Part shown: positions 35,875 to 43,414 of the stretch, piece by piece
How positions within the stretch are numbered: position 1 is the first letter of the stretch
Layout of the letters: every line of letters begins with the position of its first letter
Virus record (IMG/VR): IMGVR_UViG_3300036943_000395
Coordinates: 1-43,414 of that record
DNA length: 43,414 nucleotides
Source of the DNA: a virus
Lineage: Duplodnaviria; Caudoviricetes
Reading direction: 5' to 3' (one strand)
Program-made: the position numbers and the translations under genes
Notes under the pieces: generated by a model
The model's input: only the letters and a program-made list of their open reading frames with translations
What the model was told of the DNA's origin: nothing
The model's database searches: none

Positions 35875-38800
35875 ATGGCTGATACAAAAGTTGGAACTGG
35901 ATACATTGAGATACGAGCAGATTTTTCAAAAATAAAAGAAGATTTAAACAGATTTGCTAAGTATCTAAGAAGCAAGAACTTTAAAGGTCTTGAACAGTTA
36001 CAAGCTAGAATGGGTGAATTTGGCGATGAATCAAAAAAGTCGTTAGATAAAACCAAGAAAGGATTTCTTGAATCGTGGAAGGCATCAATATCGCTTGAGA
36101 GAACAATGAAGCGTTTAGCTTTTTTAGCTACCGTAGGAATTGCTTACTCTGCATGGCGATACCTTTCTAATTCTATCAGAGAAGCATCAGATGAAGCGAT
36201 GGAGTTTGAGCAAGGAATGTATCATGTTTTGACGGTTATGGATTCTGGAAAAGATGTGTTAAACAAGTTTTCAAAATCAGTTGAATCTTTAGCTATTGCA
36301 TACGGAAAATCAACAAAAGATTTATCTGAGACACTTTACGATATAATTTCAGCAAGGATTCCAGAAGAACATGCAATATCAGCACTTAATAAAATTACAG
36401 AACTAGCTTTCGGCAATATGGCAGAGCTCCGTGATGTGGGCTCTGCCGTGCTTGCGATAATTAACAGTTATAACATGGAAATGTCACAAGCTGGTTATGT
36501 CACAGATATACTACAGAAAGCGATTAAAATGGGTAGAATGGAGCTTTCTGACTTTGCTAAAACGCTTGGTAGAGTGATACCGCAAGCTGCGAATTATGGC
36601 GTTAGTCTAGAAGAAACTTTAGGCGTATTATCTACTATGACAAATCAAGGTACTAATGCCAGGGAATCCGTAACATCGTTAAACAGAGCGATATCTATGT
36701 GGGCTGAAAGGTCTGAAACTGCTGGTATTTTAGCAAAAGAGGGTATCTTTGGTGTTGTTGAGCAGATGGTTTTTCTTGATAAGCAACAAAGAAAAACTTT
36801 ATCTGGTGGTGTCAGGGGTGTAAAATCATTAAATGCTGTAATGAACAATTACGCACAGGCTGTTATAAACACTAAAGAGGTCGTAGAAAACGTTGGAGCT
36901 GCACAGGAAGCTAGCAATAAGATGCAGATGTCGTTAATGACACAATTGAATCAAGCAATTGAAAAAAATAAAAAATCTTGGCGTGGAGCTGGTGAGATAT
37001 GGACTGAATGGAGAATTGTATTTACACACATAAGCGCTGCAATCGGCGAAATGTTCAAGTATATTTTAATCATACCTGGATTTTTTGCAAAAATATTTAA
37101 AGGCAATAAGAAAACAAGCGAACAGGCAAAAGCAATATCTGATAATCAAAAAGCTGCTTTGGAATATTTAAAAGAACAGGGTTATCAGATTAACTGGAAT
37201 AATGGATTACTTGAAATTTTAAATAAAACAAACGAAGAAATTACTAATCAGGATGCTGTTAGGTTTAATCATTTAAAATCTCAAGCAGAAACGATACATT
37301 CACAGATAGCCGCTTACTCAAAAGAAATCAAAAACTTGCAGTTCCAATATAAAATAAACGAAAATTATGGAAAATCTAACGTTTCTACACAAAATGAAAT
37401 CGTTAGGCTTTTACAGAATCGTATTGCTGCTTACGAAAGGCTAATAAATCTTGGTAGTAAGTTTGCTGGGTTTGAAGAATCTATAAAAGAAGATATGCTT
37501 GAAATATCAAGGTTAAACAAATTCGATGATTCTGAATCTCCTTTATATAAGTTATTAATAAAACTTACAGATAAAACACAAGAATTTGGGGTTTCGATTG
37601 AACAGGCAAAAACCTTGTTAGATGTGTTTTTGCTTGGTGGAAGAATATCAACAACACAGCTTAATTTTGAAAAAGCCACTGGGCATGTTAAAGAATATGG
37701 TAGTAGCTTAGAAAAAATCACAACATCTAGAACAGAATGGGAAAAATTCCATGAGTATCTTAAAACAGTTAATCTAGATTTAGCTGCTTTGTTTAAGAAA
37801 ATATACTCAATGCCAGAAGCTACACCGATGGAAAGATTTATTGATTCAATCTCTGGTAAGGGCATAAAAGAGAACAAGTTTAAATCTTTTATCGATATGC
37901 TTTCGTTAATGCAAGGTTCTGCTTCTACAGTAAATGAAAGTATATTTGATATTTTTAATGGTAAATATCCTGTTGGAACTAAAAAAGAATTTAAAAGGCT
38001 TAAAATCACGGTAGAGGATTTACAGGCTGCTCTTGATACAATGGGTCTTAAAGCTGTGATGAATCTAAACTATATTGCATCAAAAGGCGATAATGCTGGT
38101 GAATATCTGGAAGAGCTAACAAAAAAAGTAACGGAGCTTAATAGAATGATAAAACCAGATAAAAACTCTTTTGAAAATTACCTTGATATGTTTTCTGAGT
38201 TTGAAAAGGTTTTAGCTCTTAGTTCTGGAACGTTATCGGATGCCTTTTTCTCTGGCGATCTTGCCACTCTATCTGTTTACGAAAACAAACTAAAAGGTCT
38301 TGGGGTAAACTACGAAGATTTATCGAGATCGATAAAAAATGCAACTTGGCAACAAAAATTATTTATGAAGCTGTATAAAGATTCAGATAATCTTAAATCA
38401 GTTATTAAGTGGGCTGAGATTGCTGTTCAAGCAATTGAAACTATCAAAGAAACAACGGAAAGTTATTTGTCAGATATAGCTGCTCAGTGGGCTACACTTT
38501 TGATGGAAGGGGAAAACTCTTTAAAAGCATTTGAGGATTTTTTCAAAGGTTGGGCTAAACAGATTGTGGTTGAGTTTAGCAGAATGGTTGCCAAAATGAT
38601 AGCTGAATGGCTAATTTTAAAAGCCTTAATGGCTTTGACTGGTGGTGTTGACAGTCAGAGCGGATATCGTGGAGTAAAGAGCGCATTAGGTGGGTATAAA
38701 TTCAATTCTGGAAGAGACAACGTTCCAACCTTGATCCCTGCTGGTTTACCAACGGCAATGAACAGTATGCCAGGAATCAAAACCAATAACATCATAAATG

Positions 38801-38892
38801 TATATCCTGTATTTAATGCTAAGTTTGATCCTAGAAGTATGGGTTTTGTGGTTAGAGAAGGTAGCAAATTTAACGATATGGTGCAACAATGA
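35875..38892 (+). CDS. Tape measure protein (TP901-family core)
   Basis: 1005 aa helical; VG.GYIEIRAD, LY.IISA, D.L..AI..G, LG.VIP.AA.YGVSLEE. Confidence 0.93.
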   Translation: MADTKVGTGYIEIRADFSKIKEDLNRFAKYLRSKNFKGLEQLQARMGEFGDESKKSLDKTKKGFLESWKASISLERTMKRLAFLATVGIAYSAWRYLSNSIREASDEAMEFEQGMYHVLTVMDSGKDVLNKFSKSVESLAIAYGKSTKDLSETLYDIISARIPEEHAISALNKITELAFGNMAELRDVGSAVLAIINSYNMEMSQAGYVTDILQKAIKMGRMELSDFAKTLGRVIPQAANYGVSLEETLGVLSTMTNQGTNARESVTSLNRAISMWAERSETAGILAKEGIFGVVEQMVFLDKQQRKTLSGGVRGVKSLNAVMNNYAQAVINTKEVVENVGAAQEASNKMQMSLMTQLNQAIEKNKKSWRGAGEIWTEWRIVFTHISAAIGEMFKYILIIPGFFAKIFKGNKKTSEQAKAISDNQKAALEYLKEQGYQINWNNGLLEILNKTNEEITNQDAVRFNHLKSQAETIHSQIAAYSKEIKNLQFQYKINENYGKSNVSTQNEIVRLLQNRIAAYERLINLGSKFAGFEESIKEDMLEISRLNKFDDSESPLYKLLIKLTDKTQEFGVSIEQAKTLLDVFLLGGRISTTQLNFEKATGHVKEYGSSLEKITTSRTEWEKFHEYLKTVNLDLAALFKKIYSMPEATPMERFIDSISGKGIKENKFKSFIDMLSLMQGSASTVNESIFDIFNGKYPVGTKKEFKRLKITVEDLQAALDTMGLKAVMNLNYIASKGDNAGEYLEELTKKVTELNRMIKPDKNSFENYLDMFSEFEKVLALSSGTLSDAFFSGDLATLSVYENKLKGLGVNYEDLSRSIKNATWQQKLFMKLYKDSDNLKSVIKWAEIAVQAIETIKETTESYLSDIAAQWATLLMEGENSLKAFEDFFKGWAKQIVVEFSRMVAKMIAEWLILKALMALTGGVDSQSGYRGVKSALGGYKFNSGRDNVPTLIPAGLPTAMNSMPGIKTNNIINVYPVFNAKFDPRSMGFVVREGSKFNDMVQQ

Positions 38893-41015
38893 ATCTAGAA
38901 ATAAATGTAATTAAGCTAAACAAAACACTTGTGAATAACAAGTTATCTGTATGGGATGCATCTGGTGGAATACCATTAGGTTGGAACAGCTACAATGTGA
39001 CATCTTTAGATGGTGGTAATCACGGTTACTTGTGCAGGTTTAACGAATCATCTATTTATTTACCTGGAAGTGGAATAACGTGGAACTCGTATATCGAACA
39101 GGAAATCACCTTAACTGCTGGTACATATAAAATATATTATCATCATAATGGAGCACTTATAGCAACAAAAAGCCCACATACCGCAAACGATATAATAATC
39201 TTTAACCCAAGTTCTTCTGGTTATCGGTTTAGAAGTATTACTTTACAAGTATCTACAGATACCACTTTTACAATACGTTTTTCTGGACTTGATCCAGATG
39301 TTCAAACGCTTCTTGATTTTGTTTCAATATACCCTCAAGATTATTCTCAAGGTCTTGAAGTTAGCGAAATTGACACTACTAATATAATAGATGGGGAAAA
39401 TCTTATATTGGAAATGGAAAACAAACTTTTTGGGTTTGTATCGGATTCCTTTACGTTTGAAATATTTGATGATGGAAACCCAAACTATTTGCAAATATCA
39501 GATATTATTGATGATTCTGCAATATATAGGTTTGATTTAATATACAACAACGGGATAACAACATTTAATAAAATATATTTTACAGATAATACATATATAA
39601 CAGAATCTACAATAGAAGGTAAGACTATTTACACTGTTACAATCTTTGAAATTACATCGTTTTTTAAATCTAACGGCTGGTATGTTGGCGACCTTGTAAC
39701 TGAATATGATTTAGAAACAAACGAAATTATAGATCAAAAGTATTTGTTTTATAACCCTAATACTGTAAGCATAGATACTTTACTGGAAGATGCTATAGCA
39801 TCATCAAAAAGGTTTTTAGTTGCAGATCATGTTCCAATTGACTATATTTCCAGGGATGTGGATTTGAGTTATAACACAATATCAGCTACATTTACTTTTT
39901 ACGGTAAAATTGTTGATGTTTATATAAGTTCTGGAACAATATATTTAATAATTGTTGAGTTAAACGGTGATCAATCGTTATATTATTTTCATCACGGAAG
40001 CGTTGTAAAGATTATTACTCTAATTCATTATTATGAAGCATATTACATTCGGTTTGCGGATAAGGGAAATTATACGTTACGATTTGTATATGTTGGATAT
40101 AACACTAATGCAAATTCAACATTTGAAGAAACTGAATTTCACGCACCAGGTACGTTTGTGCCTGTATCCCTTAGTTACGCTACTGTTAATGCTTCTGGGG
40201 TGTGGGAAATACATTGGTTATCAACTAATAATAGCTATACGATTCCATTTTTGTTGCAAAGCAACACATCTGGGTATTTAAACTTATTTTGCTTGAACGG
40301 AAACAGCAATAATGAAGTTTGCATAACTTATAATGATAGTTTGTTCGATAGAATAAACACAGGGCACAACTTGATTTCAAACAATATTGGTACTTATGAG
40401 TTCGATGGGAGTACACACAATATAGAGGTTTATTCTCAAGGTTTGCTTCAATCTGTAGTACAAGCACCTGCATCTTTAGTGAATGGCGATAATCTAACAG
40501 AAATCGATTGTGAGGTGCAGCTTATATCTGAATATATATCAGGATATAGAGTAGAAAACAAAACACTTCCAGAGTTGATTAGAGATTTAGCGATTATACA
40601 AAACGCATATTATTACTTCGATTATAACATTTCTGGTAACGGAGCGCAACTAAAGTTTATATCAAGAGAGAGCGGAGATACTCAGGGTTGTGTTGTGGTT
40701 GATGATACAAAAGCTACATTTAGAGGCAAGTCGTATGAAACAATAGATTTATCTATATTCCAAACTGAAACTTACAACAATTCTTTATCAATGAAAAGGT
40801 CTTTAATAGCATACTATCAATCTTATTATGGCAATAATGTAAAAATTTATGACTTGACAATAAAAGAACTATTGGATATTAATATAGGTGATCATGTGAG
40901 TTATTTCGGTGGTTGTTATTTAGTAAGAAAACTGGAGCAGGAAATAGGATATAAGCGGAACGGAGAACTGTTATTACCGCCAACACAATACATCGAACTC
41001 ATGGAGGTTTTATAA
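38889..41015 (+). CDS. Tail tip/baseplate hub-like protein
   Basis: Follows TMP; N-terminal CBM-like beta segment (IEQEITLTAGTY, LLDFVSI); aromatic/Asn-rich. Confidence 0.6.
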   Translation: MNLEINVIKLNKTLVNNKLSVWDASGGIPLGWNSYNVTSLDGGNHGYLCRFNESSIYLPGSGITWNSYIEQEITLTAGTYKIYYHHNGALIATKSPHTANDIIIFNPSSSGYRFRSITLQVSTDTTFTIRFSGLDPDVQTLLDFVSIYPQDYSQGLEVSEIDTTNIIDGENLILEMENKLFGFVSDSFTFEIFDDGNPNYLQISDIIDDSAIYRFDLIYNNGITTFNKIYFTDNTYITESTIEGKTIYTVTIFEITSFFKSNGWYVGDLVTEYDLETNEIIDQKYLFYNPNTVSIDTLLEDAIASSKRFLVADHVPIDYISRDVDLSYNTISATFTFYGKIVDVYISSGTIYLIIVELNGDQSLYYFHHGSVVKIITLIHYYEAYYIRFADKGNYTLRFVYVGYNTNANSTFEETEFHAPGTFVPVSLSYATVNASGVWEIHWLSTNNSYTIPFLLQSNTSGYLNLFCLNGNSNNEVCITYNDSLFDRINTGHNLISNNIGTYEFDGSTHNIEVYSQGLLQSVVQAPASLVNGDNLTEIDCEVQLISEYISGYRVENKTLPELIRDLAIIQNAYYYFDYNISGNGAQLKFISRESGDTQGCVVVDDTKATFRGKSYETIDLSIFQTETYNNSLSMKRSLIAYYQSYYGNNVKIYDLTIKELLDINIGDHVSYFGGCYLVRKLEQEIGYKRNGELLLPPTQYIELMEVL

Positions 41016-41599
41016 TGTTAAAACAGTACGGATATGGAGATTGCAGATTCCAGATTTCTTACAGTGATTTATCTGGAAACAACCTAACTGAGTTTATTAG
41101 ATTGAAAGTAGATCACTCTGTTTTTCCAGAAGAGAATGAAGTAGCAAATTCATATATAAATATATATGGCAATCCTAAAAAACACATCTTAGGACTTGTT
41201 AGGAAGTTCAACATAAGAGTAACCGATTACGATTCCACAAGTAACGTAAACACAGTGGCAAATCTGTTGTCAAAAATAAAGTTAATGCGATTTGATTGGT
41301 TTTATTTCTGGCTTCACTACCCTTGGGATGAGAGTTATTATTGCCCGCTGACAACGTTGCTTAGATACAAGGTAGGGTATAATAATCCTAGATTAGGAAA
41401 CTTAGTTTCAAACTATGGACTTTCTGCTCACACGTTAGATTTAGAATTAACATCGCAACTTATAAAAACAACAGATGATAAATATATATATACCGTTTAC
41501 AGGGATACCGTAACGGGGGATTGGAATACTTTTCCTGCTTATCCTGGTCTTACAGCCGTGATAATTAATTCAGGCAGTTATCCGCTTGGAATGGTATAA
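41015..41599 (+). CDS. Putative distal tail protein
   Basis: Position, TAATG coupling. Confidence 0.55.
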   Translation: MLKQYGYGDCRFQISYSDLSGNNLTEFIRLKVDHSVFPEENEVANSYINIYGNPKKHILGLVRKFNIRVTDYDSTSNVNTVANLLSKIKLMRFDWFYFWLHYPWDESYYCPLTTLLRYKVGYNNPRLGNLVSNYGLSAHTLDLELTSQLIKTTDDKYIYTVYRDTVTGDWNTFPAYPGLTAVIINSGSYPLGMV

Positions 41600-41614
41600 A
41601 AATAGGAGTTTAAA

Positions 41615-42577
41615 ATGGCTGATTACATGAGATTTTTCAAGTTGCTAAACAACAGCAGTGAAAACTTTGTATCAAGTGCTAGTAATTTAGTTGCGCTATA
41701 CAAAGGAAGCTCAAGCTATACTGGCAATGTAGCTGCTTCACCAGATATGGCTTATTACGGTGCTGGGATATGGGGAATAAACATCGATGATGGGGATTCT
41801 GGTGTTTTTGTTGTAAAAAAATCGACAGATGGTGGTAGTACCTACACAACCGTAGAGGGTTTGGAGAACGTGCCTGTTATCATGAAAGATATGTTGCTTT
41901 TAGCTGGCGGTACAATGCAAGGTGATATCGATATGGGTAGCAATGGTTTGTTAAATGTTGATTCAATATCGTTTAATAATGCAAGTGGTAATTTACATGG
42001 TATCGAAGTTGGTAACTTGCTTGATAAATCTGCAACAGAAACAGTTGCTGGTGCTTTTACTTTTTCTGGAGATAATACAGTAACAGGTACTATTGATTTT
42101 GACGCTCCAGAAAACCTTAAAATTGGTGGCGTAGCTTTAAATGCATCTTTGACAGCAAGTGACATTAATATGCTGGCTGACTTGTATTCTGCTGGAGGAA
42201 AGGTTGTTACAACAAATAAAGGATGGGGAGGCGTTGCAAGTGCTGAATCTGCGAGTATAGCATTGACTTATGACAAATGCGGATTAGTAGAATTTAATGT
42301 GGCTGGTGGAAATGTTCAGGCAACATTGCCAGCATTGGCTAAAGAAAACGTTGGAGCTTTGTTTATTATATCTATTACTTCTGCTGGAAATACTTTATCT
42401 GTAAAACCTAATGGTGCTGATGCTGGATATAGTTTGATGACAGGGGCATCAACAATTGTCGGAGCATCTGTTATATCAATGGACAGCACAGATGATGTTG
42501 TGATACTAATGTGCACTGGTAAATCTGGTGGCACGTGGGCTGTTCTTGGGGCTTACGGCAATACGGAGATATCATAA
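41615..42577 (+). CDS. Tail fibre protein (no signal peptide)
   Basis: LLLAGGTMQGDIDMGSN and LDKSATETVAGAFTFSG fibre motifs; TLPA...G..F...W.V.G tip domain. Confidence 0.75.
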   Translation: MADYMRFFKLLNNSSENFVSSASNLVALYKGSSSYTGNVAASPDMAYYGAGIWGINIDDGDSGVFVVKKSTDGGSTYTTVEGLENVPVIMKDMLLLAGGTMQGDIDMGSNGLLNVDSISFNNASGNLHGIEVGNLLDKSATETVAGAFTFSGDNTVTGTIDFDAPENLKIGGVALNASLTASDINMLADLYSAGGKVVTTNKGWGGVASAESASIALTYDKCGLVEFNVAGGNVQATLPALAKENVGALFIISITSAGNTLSVKPNGADAGYSLMTGASTIVGASVISMDSTDDVVILMCTGKSGGTWAVLGAYGNTEIS

Positions 42578-42894
42578 TGCATTCTGCATCATTTCAAAAA
42601 TATGTGATTAGTCCAGTTATTTCTTCTGACAAAAGATTAAAGGAATGTATCCCAATAGGTTATGTTGTTAGTGAAATATTGTTGTATAATGTAACAAGTA
42701 ATCAAGTGACAGTCAGTATTAGCTTTGACGGTGATTATACTTTACCAGGTGTTGTTATAGATGCTGATGGTTATGTAGTTTTAAACCCAAGCAGAAAATA
42801 TTATGCTAAAAAATCTGCTTATATTGAGCTAACGTCAACAAATTGGAATAGCTCAAGAATAGGAGTACAACTATTATTATGGAAAGCAACCTAA
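42577..42894 (+). CDS. Hypothetical tail-region protein
   Basis: TAATG coupling at 42577; IP.GY.V..I, STNWNS. Confidence 0.65.
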   Translation: MHSASFQKYVISPVISSDKRLKECIPIGYVVSEILLYNVTSNQVTVSISFDGDYTLPGVVIDADGYVVLNPSRKYYAKKSAYIELTSTNWNSSRIGVQLLLWKAT

Positions 42895-43414
42895 AAAAAT
42901 ATCTGTTAATCATAATTTTGGTATGTGTTGTTTTTATAACAGCAACATCAATATATGACGGAGAGACGTTTTTAAGTCGATATTACTATCTCAAAAATAG
43001 TGCAGAAACATCGTTCAACATGTTATACAATGGTGGTGGAGACAGCCTTTATTTTAAGCTATTTTCTGGCGTAGAAGAATTGATATATCCGAATAAGTGT
43101 TTTTCAGGAGGATATGTCCCCTACACCGGAGCAGACAGCACGCTTAACATGGGCTCTTACGATGTTCTGGGTGACAGCCTTGATTTCAACAAAGGCACGA
43201 TAGATACACTGGATATGTGCGAAAGCCATAGAGACGATGACTGTAAATCCTATTACGGCACAGGCGATGATGTAATGCAGTATTTTGACGGGACGAATTA
43301 TAATATTAATCCAGCAAATGTTGTATCGAAACCTACCGTATTACAATCATTATTTAGTAATTCTGATAGCATTTATACTGCCGATAGTGACATTAAGGAC
43401 TGGTCTGTTAATGG
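42879..43414 (+). CDS. N-terminal part of signal-peptide-bearing tail-fibre-like protein (continues into 1..616)
   Basis: MESNLKKYLLIIILVCVVFITA signal; YVPYTGADSTLNMG fibre motif; open to the window end. Confidence 0.7.
   Translation, partial: MESNLKKYLLIIILVCVVFITATSIYDGETFLSRYYYLKNSAETSFNMLYNGGGDSLYFKLFSGVEELIYPNKCFSGGYVPYTGADSTLNMGSYDVLGDSLDFNKGTIDTLDMCESHRDDDCKSYYGTGDDVMQYFDGTNYNINPANVVSKPTVLQSLFSNSDSIYTADSDIKDWSVN

Larger units (their letters stand above)
1..43414. mobile_element. Tailed dsDNA bacteriophage genome (siphovirus-like, HK97-fold capsid), apparently complete and circularly permuted
   Basis: Packaging, head, tail, lysis, replication and recombination modules are present, no host housekeeping genes are seen, and the terminal ORFs join in frame (GG|C). 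Confidence 0.93.

Noticed and set aside
1-43414. Alternative genetic code (stop-codon reassignment)
   Set aside because: Core genes are full length under the standard code, and TAA, TAG and TGA all end genes at sensible boundaries

Overview
The window looks like an essentially complete, circularly permuted ~43.4-kb genome of a tailed (siphovirus-type) phage. The ORF running off the right end (42879..43414) joins in frame with the ORF entering the left end (1..616). Layout: (1) late operon on + from ~24466, wrapping round to 3621: TerS, PBSX/SPP1-type TerL, HK97-type portal, protease and capsid, head-tail genes, tail tube, a GT2-GT4 fused glycosyltransferase, a frameshifting tail chaperone, TP901-type tape measure, tail tip and fibre-like genes, holin and M15 endolysin; (2) a minus-strand replication/modification operon, 12918 to 3701: initiator, DnaB, RuvC-like resolvase, Gp37/Gp68-like protein, DnaQ-like exonuclease, DNA methyltransferase, PAPS-reductase-family protein; (3) a RecT plus PD-(D/E)XK exonuclease operon; (4) a probable early operon, 15776-21790, ending in a tandem array of NINE divergent paralogues that all begin Met-Cys and share invariant YK, S, PxY, GxFHF and RxxxC motifs; (5) a 1.2-kb non-coding block and a two-gene cassette bracketed by a 15-bp inverted repeat. 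I recognised no integrase, tRNA, CRISPR array or reverse transcriptase. The most unusual signals are the nine-gene Met-Cys array and three consecutive late genes (two fibre-like) whose products carry signal peptides and many D-S/T-hydrophobic O-glycosylation sequons. All family assignments are by-eye motif recognition, not database results.
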